From contig JBCCQY010000020.1 in NCBI GenBank assembly GCA_039208735.1, positions 1 through 64,000 on the forward strand: 64,000 nucleotides of DNA, written 5' to 3'. How positions within the stretch are numbered: position 1 is the stretch's first letter; every line of letters starts with the position of its first letter. Below, piece by piece: positions 49,458 through 59,688 of this stretch. A program made the position numbers and the translations under genes. The stretch comes from Myxococcota bacterium. GTDB taxonomy: Bacteria > Myxococcota_A > UBA796 > GCA-2862545. A model generated the notes under the pieces. It did no database searches. It was not told the origin of the DNA and worked only from the letters and a program-made list of their open reading frames with translations.

Positions 49458-49868
49458 CTACTCGGTGACCTCGAAGGCGACCTCGAGCGTCACCTGCGGT
49501 TCGATGATGCGATGCGTAGCGTCGTGGAGGCGAGCGATGATCGTATGCTCGCCAATCTCGGTGTCTGCAGGGATGGTGAACCGTTCCACCTCGGTGACCT
49601 GCTGGAGGACTGGGTTCGTCATGAGGTCATCGAGGTAGATGTGGACGTGGCCGGTCATCCCTTTGGATTTGCCGTTTTCGTGGTCGTGGTCGTGGCCATC
49701 GTCTTTGTCGTCGAGGTGTCCAGTAAGCTGAAAGTGCTGGACGGCCACCTCGCTGGTCACCTCGGTCCCTGCGGTTCCTACGCCGGGTGACAGCTCGAAA
49801 CGCAGCAGCTCAGGTGCCTCCGCTTCGGCCCCACATCCAATTGCGATCAACATCCACCAACCGCGCAT
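49458..49868 (-). CDS. small His-rich lipoprotein
   Basis: IGC lipobox-like; GHDHDHE, GHVHIYLD, GEHTI, LHDATH. Confidence 0.75.
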   Translation of the reverse strand: MRGWWMLIAIGCGAEAEAPELLRFELSPGVGTAGTEVTSEVAVQHFQLTGHLDDKDDGHDHDHENGKSKGMTGHVHIYLDDLMTNPVLQQVTEVERFTIPADTEIGEHTIIARLHDATHRIIEPQVTLEVAFEVTE

Positions 49869-49966
49869 GTTCTTTCCTCCATCAGAGGCGCGGTCCTTCA
49901 CGCTCCTGAATCGTTACGCAAGCAACGAAACACATGGGGTAATCAACATTTTGGGAGGCTAGGCGT

Positions 49967-50587
49967 TCAGGGACAGACCGCAGCCCAAGGATTCGCACCC
50001 ACATCGTCCAGGATCCAGATGCGGACGAAGTCCTCGTCGATTTCGATCCAAGGTTGGGCGGTGGCGCGTGAGATGACGGTGGAGCAGTGGGGACCGACCT
50101 CGGATCCCAAGATGCTCAATTCGGCCCAGTGGGTGTTCGCGCTCACAATCGTGTCGATTGCCCCGCGACGGTATTGATGCACGATGGCGCCGGACGGGTA
50201 GTGAATGGCAGCGTCGACGAGGTCGGCGGTCGGCAAGAGTTGCCCATTGATGCTCGCTGGCAGGCCGATGTGCGTTCCTGCCCAAGGCCCGATCGGGTCG
50301 TTGTATGGAAAGGCGAGCGAGGGAGGCACGTCGCTGGGTTGGGGGAAGGGGTCGCCCTGGATGTTGGACCAGCGTACGCCATCAAAGACCGGCGCGGCAG
50401 GCATCGGGCTGGGCGGGAGCCAGGCGCCAAGGACGGGTTCGAAACGGAGCCCTGGGGCAGAGGGCATAGGAGAGGGTGGCAACCACTCGGACGGCAGCGG
50501 GCTGGGCAACACCGCGTTGGCCGGCATCGGGACCGGGGGGATGGCAAAGGCCGGTTGGGCAAACAGGACCCACGACAAAACGCTCAT
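49967..50587 (-). CDS. secreted Pro-rich protein with repeated WLPPSPMP motif
   Basis: AGGAG RBS, signal peptide ending AFA; WLPPSPMP twice, plus PSPLP and PVPMP variants. Confidence 0.7.
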   Translation of the reverse strand: MSVLSWVLFAQPAFAIPPVPMPANAVLPSPLPSEWLPPSPMPSAPGLRFEPVLGAWLPPSPMPAAPVFDGVRWSNIQGDPFPQPSDVPPSLAFPYNDPIGPWAGTHIGLPASINGQLLPTADLVDAAIHYPSGAIVHQYRRGAIDTIVSANTHWAELSILGSEVGPHCSTVISRATAQPWIEIDEDFVRIWILDDVGANPWAAVCP

Positions 50588-50767
50588 GATTACTCCTGGC
50601 GGACATGCTCCCGAAGCTTGACGGGATCCACCCGGTTTTGCCTGACGGCAACTGGACCATCGGAGGTCCCGAAGTGGTCCCGTTGCGGTCAGGTTCGCCA
50701 GGTTCGGCAGAACTAGTGTGCACGGGTCCGGCGACCCTGACGTCCCGGTGCACAATGAGGATGTGAC

Positions 50768-51289
50768 ATGCACAAGATCGCGTGGATGCTGGCACTTTGG
50801 GGCCTGACGACGCCCGCGTTTGCCATGGACTCGGATGACGATGGCATTGATGACAGCACCGACAATTGCGACACCGTGGCCAATCCCCTCCAGTTGGACA
50901 CCGACCTCGATGGGGCAGGTGACCTTTGTGACTGCGCCCGGCACAACCCGGCAGTGTGGGACTGGGGCGATTGCCTCGCCATGGCGGACATTGCCGACGA
51001 GATTGCGGGCTTCGCCGATGTCTGTCGCACGCTGCCCGTCAATCCATGGTGGGGCACCTACTGGGAGCCCGTGATCATCCAATGCTCGGGGATTGGCTGC
51101 GCGCCTCCAGTGTCATTGGCTGGTGTGGTTGATGTGTCGATGCTGCTGGGGGTCACCGTGGTCCGTCGAGACCAATTCATCGACGCGTTTGACCAGAACT
51201 TCCCCCTCGATCAGGTTGGGCTCGATCGGGACGGATTTGGCCTGATTCTCGATGGGATGGTCGACTCCTGCTACGGCTATTGCCCCTAA
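50768..51289 (+). CDS. thrombospondin type-3 repeat secreted protein
   Basis: Signal peptide; DSDDDGIDDSTDNC..VANPLQLDTDLDGAGDLCD. Confidence 0.85.
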   Translation: MHKIAWMLALWGLTTPAFAMDSDDDGIDDSTDNCDTVANPLQLDTDLDGAGDLCDCARHNPAVWDWGDCLAMADIADEIAGFADVCRTLPVNPWWGTYWEPVIIQCSGIGCAPPVSLAGVVDVSMLLGVTVVRRDQFIDAFDQNFPLDQVGLDRDGFGLILDGMVDSCYGYCP

Positions 51290-53889
51290 GCCCGGACGCG
51301 GTTGGAGGTGGCGGCGACCTCGCGACCAAGTTGGCCATCGGGGCCTTGGTCGCTCTTCGCGAGGGTTTGTTCTGCCTCATTCAACCACCGTCGTGCGGCA
51401 AGAGGGTCGCCAAGCTGCGCACAGGCCGTGGCCAAAAGGCAGCTTCGCCGTAGTGCGGTGTTGAACATGAGGCCCTGGGGTTGGACCTCGATCGACCGTT
51501 CCGCAAAGCGCCGCGCATCGGCCCAGCGTTCGGCGTACGCGGCGGCTTCAGCCTTGCAATCCCACCAATACGCGTGGACCCCGCTCGGGAGCTTCAAGAG
51601 GAGGGGTTCGGACCGCTCGAGTTGTCCAGATGCAGAGACCAGATCTCCGGCTTGCAGCATGGCCCGCGCCCCCAAGGTTCGAATCAGAAGTTCGTAGTAA
51701 GGAAGTCGGCGAATCCGTTCGTCCTTGAGCGCTTGAGCCACATGGGGCTGGGCCTGCTCGGGCAGGCCGGCCTCAATTTCGAGCGTGGCGAAGTTTGCAA
51801 GAGCGAAGAGAGCCATCCGGCCATGGCCGCCGTGGGTCGCGAGGTGGAGCGCGGCTCGAAGCTCCGCCCGTCCCTCGTCCCAAGCTTCATCAAGGATCAG
51901 GGCGATCGCGAGGTGGTTTCGAGCGTCAGGCTCCTGCTGGACCCGGCCCATGTCCACTTGGTAGTCAAGATACTCGCGCAGTTGCTGTGTCGCGACGGCG
52001 ATTCTGCCCCGTTGTAGGTTGCTTAGGCCAAGACCCCGAACCGCCATGCTTGCGGATTCAGGTTGGCGATGGTGGGTGGCCAGTTCATAGACGGTTCCGA
52101 ACCAGTGCTGTGTCGCGGCAAAGTCACTGTGGCGAATGCCGTACCAGCCGAGCGTGGTGTTGGCGTGAATGGCCGCCAAGGGGTCGAGGTTGGGCTCTTC
52201 AAGCAGTTCGAGCGCGAGCTTCCGCCCTTCCTGCCAATGTCCAGCTCGGTAGGTGTATTGCGCGAGTTTCGAGCGCTGGAGCTGGAGGATCTGTGGGTCT
52301 CCGAGCGCCTCCGCATGGCGAACCGCCTCTTCGATCATCGACAGGGACTGTTGGGCTTCGTCGTACCAAATGAGGATGTTAGCGAGGCCTGCGTAGAGCG
52401 AGGGCAGGTCGCGCAGCGGCGCGATGGCGAGGGTCGTCTCCAACAGCGTCCGGAGCAGTGGAGCCGGACCCCTTTCGATCAGCACACACTGCGCGGCACG
52501 GACGCACCCCGCGGCCAGGGCGCCATCGTCGATTGCAAGGGCGCGCCGTGTCGCGGCAATCAGGTCGTCGAGATGTTCGACCAAGGTGCGGAATATTGTG
52601 CTGCGCGGTGGAATGACCCCTCCGTGTTGGTCAAGCGCGTCCGAAAAGAGGGTGACGAACCAGGCTCCGTGGAGCTGGCTGCCTGCGTGAACCTCGGTCG
52701 GATTCGCGTGATCCAGAACGAACTTCCGAATCGAAGGCAGCATGCGGAAACGGCCATCCATCTCCCGGATCAGCCAAGACTGATCCCGAAGCGACTGCAG
52801 GACGTCACCGGCGGGTCGTTTGGCCGGGAGCACCACGTTCGCCTGACGCAAATCAAAGCTAGCCACCCAGGCTGACAATCGGCCGAGTGCGTGCCGGTCG
52901 TCGCGGTGGGTCAGACGCCAGGAACGCGAAAGCGACTCCGAAAGCGTGCGGGTGACGGGGTGAGGGCCTTCGGTGGCGATTTCGTCGAGAAACGACTGGG
53001 GGCCCAGCGCGCGGAGTCGTGCGATCGCTACGACGAGCGAGAGCGGCAGGCCGTCGACGGAGCGGGCGACTTTTTCCAACTCCTGATCCCCCACCGTCGT
53101 GGTCAGTCGATCCCGGATCAGCTGAACGCACGATGCAAGGCCGAGAGGTGCAAGTTCAAGGACGTGTTCGCCATCTTCGGAAAGCGTCAAGCGGCTTGTG
53201 AGCAAGAACCGGGCGTGGGGTACAGCGTCTTGGATTTGCCCGATGAGGGGACGAATCGCATCGATCACCTGCTCCGCATTGTCCAGCACGATCAAGACGT
53301 CTTCGAGCGAGGCCAACGTTTGGGTGATGCTCTTGAGGGTGGCCTTGCCCCCCAACGACGCCGCCATCCCGATCACGAGACCATGATGGTCCTCGGCCGC
53401 CCGAAGGTCGACCCAAATGGCGTCGATTTGGCTCGGGATCAAAGCCTGCGCCAGACGGGTCTTGCCGACTCCCGCCGGACCAAGAATGGTGATCAACGGT
53501 CGCCGCTCCTGAACCCACGTCCGGAGTTGCTGCAGCTCGTGTTCTCGCCCCCGCATCGGCAGCGCGGACATCGCAACGCTGGTCACGACAGGCTGGACGT
53601 CCGCGTCAAGGCGATAGCCTCGGCCGCGGATGGTCCGTACGACCGGTTCGTCCAGCACCGTGCGGAGTCGACTGACGACCTTTGAAAGCGCCTCATCGGC
53701 AACGACCACCTGACCTGGCCAAAGGAGGTCCATCAGCCGTTCGCGATCGAAGAGTTCACGCGGAGCCTCGACCATCGCAACGAGCAACTTCCATGGCAGG
53801 GGCTGCACATGCTGGGGTTCACCATCGATGAACAGCACGCCCTGGGTCACGTCCACCACGTGCTTTCCAAAACGGAACCGGCTGGGCAT
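51286..53889 (-). CDS. wHTH - STAND NTPase - TPR regulator
   Basis: FRFG...TIRGRGYRL; GPAGVGKT; VLDNAE; TSR; DGLPL; TPR-like C-terminus; start placed at ATG 53889. Confidence 0.92.
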   Translation of the reverse strand: MPSRFRFGKHVVDVTQGVLFIDGEPQHVQPLPWKLLVAMVEAPRELFDRERLMDLLWPGQVVVADEALSKVVSRLRTVLDEPVVRTIRGRGYRLDADVQPVVTSVAMSALPMRGREHELQQLRTWVQERRPLITILGPAGVGKTRLAQALIPSQIDAIWVDLRAAEDHHGLVIGMAASLGGKATLKSITQTLASLEDVLIVLDNAEQVIDAIRPLIGQIQDAVPHARFLLTSRLTLSEDGEHVLELAPLGLASCVQLIRDRLTTTVGDQELEKVARSVDGLPLSLVVAIARLRALGPQSFLDEIATEGPHPVTRTLSESLSRSWRLTHRDDRHALGRLSAWVASFDLRQANVVLPAKRPAGDVLQSLRDQSWLIREMDGRFRMLPSIRKFVLDHANPTEVHAGSQLHGAWFVTLFSDALDQHGGVIPPRSTIFRTLVEHLDDLIAATRRALAIDDGALAAGCVRAAQCVLIERGPAPLLRTLLETTLAIAPLRDLPSLYAGLANILIWYDEAQQSLSMIEEAVRHAEALGDPQILQLQRSKLAQYTYRAGHWQEGRKLALELLEEPNLDPLAAIHANTTLGWYGIRHSDFAATQHWFGTVYELATHHRQPESASMAVRGLGLSNLQRGRIAVATQQLREYLDYQVDMGRVQQEPDARNHLAIALILDEAWDEGRAELRAALHLATHGGHGRMALFALANFATLEIEAGLPEQAQPHVAQALKDERIRRLPYYELLIRTLGARAMLQAGDLVSASGQLERSEPLLLKLPSGVHAYWWDCKAEAAAYAERWADARRFAERSIEVQPQGLMFNTALRRSCLLATACAQLGDPLAARRWLNEAEQTLAKSDQGPDGQLGREVAATSNRVRA

Positions 53890-54024
53890 GCAGGGGGATA
53901 ACGTCACGGCGGCAGAGGACCATCGGTTGGGCTGTGGCGAGCCGTTCCATTCTGTAGCGAGCGGAATGAGACGAGCCTGGGCACTCGAAGGGTATCGCTC
54001 GACGATGGCGATGCAGGAGGTACC

Positions 54025-54648
54025 ATGCTCACCCGTCTCATCTTGCTTTGCTCGGCGCTCACGGCCTGCACCGACGCTGGCGACCCGGTGGATACAGGGA
54101 CGGATCCCGTTGGTGATGCGGACACGGACGCCGACACCGATGCGGACGCCGACGCCGACGCCGACACCGATGCGGACACGGACGCCGACACCGATGCGGA
54201 CACGGACGCCGACACCGATGCGGACACGGATGCCGATACCGACACCGACCCGGGACCCGTGGACACGACGTTCGAGGATGTCAACTTCTTGGTGGAACTC
54301 GAGTCCTACGATGCCGACGAGGGACCGGGCACGGGCACCCCAGACACCTGCACGGGCGCGGCCACGCTGACCATCGATGCGATGGACCAGCTGACCGGGA
54401 GCGCTTCGTGCACGTCGGTGAACTTCAAGACCGTGTGGACCTTCGTGTTCGACGGTTCGGTGTCGAACGGAGACGTGACCGGACAGGTCGAGGTCACGCA
54501 CTTCAGTGGGACCACCGAAGATCTGCCGTTGACGGGGGCTCGCGTCGACGCCAATACACTGTCCGTTGGCTTTGACGAAACCTGGATGTTCACAGCTCAG
54601 CTCAACGTTGATCTCGAAAGTGCCATCCTTGCGACGGTGGTGCCCTAA
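54025..54648 (+). CDS. lipoprotein with Asp-rich DADT repeat linker
   Basis: AGGAGG RBS, lipobox LTAC, (DADT)n. Confidence 0.88.
   Translation: MLTRLILLCSALTACTDAGDPVDTGTDPVGDADTDADTDADADADADTDADTDADTDADTDADTDADTDADTDTDPGPVDTTFEDVNFLVELESYDADEGPGTGTPDTCTGAATLTIDAMDQLTGSASCTSVNFKTVWTFVFDGSVSNGDVTGQVEVTHFSGTTEDLPLTGARVDANTLSVGFDETWMFTAQLNVDLESAILATVVP
54115..54249 (+). repeat. coding low-complexity tandem repeat (12/24-bp period)
   Basis: GATGCGGACACGGACGCCGACACC units encoding DADTDADT. Confidence 0.9.
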
Positions 54649-54685
54649 CCGATGGTGTCGGCGAGGAACCGGTTAACCACTCGCC

Positions 54686-56200
54686 GTGTCGCTGATCCAA
54701 CCATCTTGGGCCCCGCGAGACCATTACGGCGCAGCGCTTGCCGTGGTGGCGTTCGCCTTGCTTGCATTGTCCTTCCTCGGTGCCGATCCGCCGACGGAGC
54801 CCCCTTGGTTGATGGCGAAAGAGGAACTCATCGAGTTCGTGGTCGAGGGGCCCGCCAAGGCACATGAAGCCCGCAATTGGGCCTTGTTTGGCGAGTGGCA
54901 TCGCAACCCCGTCGACAACTACCAGTTTTGGCGCATCCAATCGCCTCTCTGGGTGTACCCGCTCGCCGGAGCGTTCCGGTGGTTTGGTACGGGCTATGCG
55001 ACCTTGCAGGCGTTTGCCGTCGGCTTCGCGTTGGTCGGAATGATCGGACTCTGGCGGCTGCTGCGTGATGTCGCGCCTGGTCCACTCGGGGTGGCCGCCA
55101 TGTGGCTTTACGGCACCTCGCTGCTGGTCACGCTGCTCAGTCGGTCTGGGATGACCGAAGTGGTGCTCAATGCCGCTGCCGTGTGGATGATGTGGACACT
55201 GGTACGAGGCCGAAACCACCCCGGTTACCTCGTCGCTTCGCAGATCATCTTCGCCCTTGCGTTCTTTACGAAGCAAGGCATCATCTACCTGTTTCCGCTG
55301 CTCGTCGTTGCCAACGTCGCGGCCTTTCTTGCGTGGCGCCGAGAGGAGCGGTTCACCCTTGGTCGCTGGATTCCCGTGGCCACGGCCGTCGTGATCGCAG
55401 CCTTCACCACGGTCTATGTGGTGCAGCCCGAGTACCTTCGCACGGTGGGCTGGAACACGACCCACATGGTCACCGGTGGAGGAACGGGCTCGGCACGGTC
55501 GGTCGGGTTGCTCGAGCGCATCTCGGTGCGGCGATTCGGCCTCGCGATGTGGCGATTTCTACCCTTCGTCGGCCTCTTCAGCCTTCCTGCGCTTGGGTTC
55601 ATGGGGCTTCGAGCCTACCGAGACCGCGACGACCGGTCGTGGGTACTTGCTGGCTGGGGCGCGAGCGCGTGGTTTGCCGTTCTGTTGCTGCGGGAGTGGA
55701 CCCTACGCCACGGCAGCATTCTGGTCTTTCCCACGCTCGTGCTCGGAGCCGCCGCGGCCGCATCGTTGTTGCAGGGGACCCGTCTCCCGTTGCGCCTTCG
55801 CCAAGGGTTCGTCGTCGTTGTGGTCGCATGTGGTCTGGCGTCATCGATCTACGAACAGGGGCGGCGCCTAAGCGATGCGCGGTACACCTACGACCGCTTT
55901 GTCGAACAGGCCGAAGCTCACATTGGCCAGGAAGCACCGGTCGCGATTGGCCGGTTCGCGATGCCCTTTTTGCTAGGAAGCCGGTTCGACCTCTTCTATG
56001 TGAAGGAGTCGTTCAATCGTACTGCCCGAGCGGTTCGCGCTCTCGCCCCGACGCACTTCGTCCTTTTGAAACCTCGCGACGATGTCGAGGTTCAGCTTAG
56101 GCGCATGCGACTCAAATCCATCGTTGGGGATTGCCCAGTTCAGATGAGGGTCTGGGAAATGCCCATGCGGCTTTGCGTTCGCGACACGCCCTCCAATTAA
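54686..56200 (+). CDS. GT-C fold (ArnT/PMT-like) membrane glycosyltransferase
   Basis: Many TMs; VEG...ARN, SPL, SRSGMTE, LAFFTKQ. Confidence 0.75.
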   Translation: MSLIQPSWAPRDHYGAALAVVAFALLALSFLGADPPTEPPWLMAKEELIEFVVEGPAKAHEARNWALFGEWHRNPVDNYQFWRIQSPLWVYPLAGAFRWFGTGYATLQAFAVGFALVGMIGLWRLLRDVAPGPLGVAAMWLYGTSLLVTLLSRSGMTEVVLNAAAVWMMWTLVRGRNHPGYLVASQIIFALAFFTKQGIIYLFPLLVVANVAAFLAWRREERFTLGRWIPVATAVVIAAFTTVYVVQPEYLRTVGWNTTHMVTGGGTGSARSVGLLERISVRRFGLAMWRFLPFVGLFSLPALGFMGLRAYRDRDDRSWVLAGWGASAWFAVLLLREWTLRHGSILVFPTLVLGAAAAASLLQGTRLPLRLRQGFVVVVVACGLASSIYEQGRRLSDARYTYDRFVEQAEAHIGQEAPVAIGRFAMPFLLGSRFDLFYVKESFNRTARAVRALAPTHFVLLKPRDDVEVQLRRMRLKSIVGDCPVQMRVWEMPMRLCVRDTPSN

Positions 56201-56277
56201 GGCGACGCGGGCGGGAACTGTTGACACTCCGACATGTCTGACCACCGAAGTCGATGCAACGACCTCCGGAGGCGAGG

Positions 56278-57177
56278 ATGAACTGGGGATTTCGTGGGGG
56301 CGTGGTCGCCCTTGCGTTTGGGATTGGCGTGGCGCAGGCTGCACCTCCGGACTTGCAAGGGCCTGCGTCGGCCTGGGTGCTTGCCGACCAAGCGTCTCGG
56401 GACGCGGGGTTGGTCCTGGAGGTCTCGGGCCAATCGATCGATGCGACGATGCCAGTGGAAGTCGAGCAAGACCTGGAGCTTGCCGTCATCGACGGGCCCC
56501 GCAGCCGCCGGGCATGGATGCAAGGACAGCTGCTGTACTTGGTCACGGGTCGCCAAGGTACGCTCCGTGCGACTCGGCCAGGGATTGACGTAGAAACCGA
56601 CATCGTGGCCATCTACGCCGACGAGGTCACCGCGCAGGCGCTTGCCGACGATGTGGGGGCGGTGCTCGAACGCGACCGGCGCCGGTGGCTGCTGCATGGA
56701 GATGACCTGCTGTTCGAGCTTGCCTATGTGGCGGTGCCGGATGCAACGATCGATGTCACGCCGGTAGCGGTGGTGCCTGACGGCAAGTCCGACGCCCAAC
56801 GGCCGAAGCGGATTGCCTCGCGGCGTTTACCGGTGAAGCGGACGAAGAAGACGCGCCGAAAGCGGATTGCGCGGCGTGCGCGAGTTCATGCCCCTCTCGC
56901 TGGGGCGGAAGGGGCCAAACCGTGGACGTTGTCGGTGAGCGACCAAACCGCAGAACCTGTCTCGGATGCAGAGCGGTCGGCGGGTCTGGTGGGTTGGTAT
57001 TGCCACGCGACCACCTGCATCGTGCTTGGGATCGATGGTCGGGCTCGCCGCTGCAACGAACAGCGCTGCGTGGACATGGGACCTTGGGCCGAGCGGCCCG
57101 ATGGAATCGAGGTAGGGAACCGGCCCTACATTTGGAAGTCTGGCTACCTGGTGCCCGCGCCGGAGGTGAAGCAATGA
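56278..57177 (+). CDS. secreted hypothetical protein
   Basis: Signal peptide ending AQA; basic linker; C-terminal 4-Cys domain; stop overlaps the next ATG. Confidence 0.7.
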   Translation: MNWGFRGGVVALAFGIGVAQAAPPDLQGPASAWVLADQASRDAGLVLEVSGQSIDATMPVEVEQDLELAVIDGPRSRRAWMQGQLLYLVTGRQGTLRATRPGIDVETDIVAIYADEVTAQALADDVGAVLERDRRRWLLHGDDLLFELAYVAVPDATIDVTPVAVVPDGKSDAQRPKRIASRRLPVKRTKKTRRKRIARRARVHAPLAGAEGAKPWTLSVSDQTAEPVSDAERSAGLVGWYCHATTCIVLGIDGRARRCNEQRCVDMGPWAERPDGIEVGNRPYIWKSGYLVPAPEVKQ

Positions 57178-57875
57178 GCGACTCCAATCCCTCTCGACGG
57201 AGACTCCTCGGGGGGCTCGCGGCGGCGGCCTCCGCACCGGCTTGGGTGGCGGCAGCGTTTGCCGCAGAGCCTCCCGAGCGGCAAATGGAGCTGTTCTCGA
57301 CGTGGCACAACGCGCGCCGCATGGGCGTTCCGTTATTGGCCATTGTCACTCCCACCGATCGCACCGCGTGGGAACGTGGCCGCGTCGTCGGGGCGATGTT
57401 GGCGGAGGCCGACGACAAGCTGATGGCCACCCTCCAGGGGTATGCGCCGGTCTGTGCAACGGCGCTCGACCTACATCTGCTGGGCGTCGTCGTTCCGCCG
57501 GACGCTTGGTTTGCCGTGATCGGCACAAAGCAAGTGCCCGCCCGCACGGTTCCCATTGCCGGACCCCAGGTCGAGGTGACTTTCGAGGGCCGCGTCGGGC
57601 TTGCCACCCGGGCCCTACGGAAGGGACTCGCTGCGTTCACCCCGCTGTACGAGGAACCCAAACGTCGGACCGTGCTGAAGCGAGCGGCCCATGACGCTCG
57701 AGAAGTGTGGCTTCGTTCTCGCCTTCCCGGTAGCTACTGGGCGAACGAGACAGGATGTGGGCTGCACATCGAGGAATACGAGGATGGCGTCAGTTGGGCG
57801 TGTGGCATGGGTTCTGTGCCAGCCCGTGCGGCGCGTTTCTTGTACTTCGCTGACGCAGACCTATGGCCTTGGTAG
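57174..57875 (+). CDS. Tat-exported hypothetical protein with GCG...CGMG C-terminal motif
   Basis: SRRRLL twin-arginine signal ending AFA; PGSYWANETGCG...ACGMGSVP...RFLYF. Confidence 0.8.
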   Translation: MSDSNPSRRRLLGGLAAAASAPAWVAAAFAAEPPERQMELFSTWHNARRMGVPLLAIVTPTDRTAWERGRVVGAMLAEADDKLMATLQGYAPVCATALDLHLLGVVVPPDAWFAVIGTKQVPARTVPIAGPQVEVTFEGRVGLATRALRKGLAAFTPLYEEPKRRTVLKRAAHDAREVWLRSRLPGSYWANETGCGLHIEEYEDGVSWACGMGSVPARAARFLYFADADLWPW

Positions 57876-59149
57876 GGTTCACCGTTCCCGCAAACCGGGT
57901 GGACCACCAACGGTGCGCCCAGGTCTTTGAGGCCGTGGACTACCTTGAGGTGGTGCCCGAGTCGCTGGTGGAGCCGCGCGACCTGCCTGTGTTTGCGCCG
58001 AACGGCTACTTCCGGCGTGTCCTTGACCTTCAACAGCGGCTTGGCGTGCCGGTGGTGGCCCATGGCACCGGGCTCTCGGTTTGCTCGAACCATCCCTTGG
58101 ATGGACCTCGGTTTGGACGATGGATCGAACGCGCTGCAGCGATGGCGGACCGGCTTGATTTGCAGTGGTACACCGACCATGCGGGGGTCACGGCTCCGGC
58201 CGGGCTCAATCTCACCCTGCCGCTGGACGTGCCTCACAGTCGGGCGGCTCAAAACGCGGCTCGGGCCAGACTTTCGGCCCTGGCCGAGGCGGTTGGCGTC
58301 CCGGTTGGGATCGAGAACAGCGTGTATTATGCGCCGATGGCGGACCCCAAGGATGAACCGCGTTGGTTGCGTACCCTCCTCGGTGAGGCCCACGTCTTGG
58401 TGTTGGATGTGCACAACCTGTGGACCCATGCGGTCAACTTTGGCATCGACATCGACGACTGGCTGGCCGAGGCTCCCCTCGACCGAGTCATCGAGGTGCA
58501 CGTGTCGGGAGGAACCCTTGCGGACGCGCGATGGACGAATGGTGCCCCATGGCGACTCGACAGCCACGATGACGCGGTGCCTGAACCGGTCTGGGCGTTG
58601 CTCCAACGGGTGATTCCGAGGTGCCCCGCCCTGCGCGGAGTGACGTTGGAGCGTCTCGAGGGGACCATCGCGGAGGCCGACGTGCCGGGGTTGCTCGAAG
58701 AGGTCGACCGCATTCGATCCATCCTCTTGGCCGCGCCGCCACCGTCGAGGGGTCCTGAATCGGTCCACCCCGAGTGTTCACTACCGGGCAACGACGATGA
58801 AGGGGCTGTCGAACTTCGCCTTGCGGACGCCTGGAGTTCCCGGGATCCGCAGGCCGCATTGCAGCAAATCGCAGACGATCCCGAGGCCCCGGGCTGGGTG
58901 CGCCAGGCTGTCGGGTTCGCCTTGGCCCACCCCGCCGGAGTGGGGATCTGCCGGCGACTGATCTTGCGGCAACGTTTCGAGCGTCTCATCCATGGCAGCG
59001 CGGAAGCCGAGCGGTGGTTTGAAACCGACCCTGCGAGCTTTGCCCGCGCGTTTATCGGCTACGCGGCCGCGACGCCACCCGTGGCCTACTTGCCCGTCGA
59101 CGAAGCGATGCTCTTCGAACGCTGGGTCCATCAGGACGCACCGGGTTGA
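57863..59149 (+). CDS. DUF692 multinuclear non-heme iron oxidative enzyme (MNIO) with C-terminal extension
   Basis: EVVPE, HGTGLS, TDH, IEN, LDVHNL, EVHVSGG, DSHD..VPEPVW, VTLER. Confidence 0.92.
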   Translation: MALVGFTVPANRVDHQRCAQVFEAVDYLEVVPESLVEPRDLPVFAPNGYFRRVLDLQQRLGVPVVAHGTGLSVCSNHPLDGPRFGRWIERAAAMADRLDLQWYTDHAGVTAPAGLNLTLPLDVPHSRAAQNAARARLSALAEAVGVPVGIENSVYYAPMADPKDEPRWLRTLLGEAHVLVLDVHNLWTHAVNFGIDIDDWLAEAPLDRVIEVHVSGGTLADARWTNGAPWRLDSHDDAVPEPVWALLQRVIPRCPALRGVTLERLEGTIAEADVPGLLEEVDRIRSILLAAPPPSRGPESVHPECSLPGNDDEGAVELRLADAWSSRDPQAALQQIADDPEAPGWVRQAVGFALAHPAGVGICRRLILRQRFERLIHGSAEAERWFETDPASFARAFIGYAAATPPVAYLPVDEAMLFERWVHQDAPG

Positions 59150-59688
59150 TCATGCGCCTTCGTTTCGCTCTTTTGGTTGGGTTTGGCCTCCTCTTCATCG
59201 TGGCGTGGTGGGCGTTTCGAACGCCTCCGCCGGCCGAGCCGGTCGTTTTCGAGGCCCCCCCTGCCCCGGCTCCGAACCGTCGGGCTCGCGTTGGACCGCG
59301 CCATCCCCCACGGCCCGAGGTGGTGGACGCCGAGCCGGCGGAAGAGCCGAAAGGGGCGCCCGCCGTCGCCATTTCATCCACGTCGAAGTCGGCTCAGGAA
59401 CACGTAATGGCGGGAGAGCGCGCGTTTGATGAAGGCGATCTCGAAGGCGCCTACGCCAACTTCCTCGCGGTGATCGAGTCCGAGCCGGATGACCCATTAG
59501 CAGCGTTTGCTCTCTATAAGCTGGCTTGGGTCGAGTACAACATTGGTGAGGTGGATTCGGCCATCAGCGACATGACGTTGTTGGGCGAGTGGTTGGCCGA
59601 GCCCGTGTCAAACGCGGACCGCATGCTCCAGGGCGAGGTCGAAAAGGACCTCGCACGATTCAAGGACGAGGTGGCCGAGGAGGAGTAG
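59146..59688 (+). CDS. membrane-anchored TPR protein
   Basis: TM, Pro-rich linker, P.DPLAAFALYKLAW TPR. Confidence 0.8.
   Translation: MIMRLRFALLVGFGLLFIVAWWAFRTPPPAEPVVFEAPPAPAPNRRARVGPRHPPRPEVVDAEPAEEPKGAPAVAISSTSKSAQEHVMAGERAFDEGDLEGAYANFLAVIESEPDDPLAAFALYKLAWVEYNIGEVDSAISDMTLLGEWLAEPVSNADRMLQGEVEKDLARFKDEVAEEE

Noticed and set aside
53890..54501. N-terminal 204 aa of the 1071-aa ORF (VGVRVRIG repeats)
   Set aside because: This is the antisense reading of the DADT repeat lipoprotein; the wHTH domain starts at 53889.
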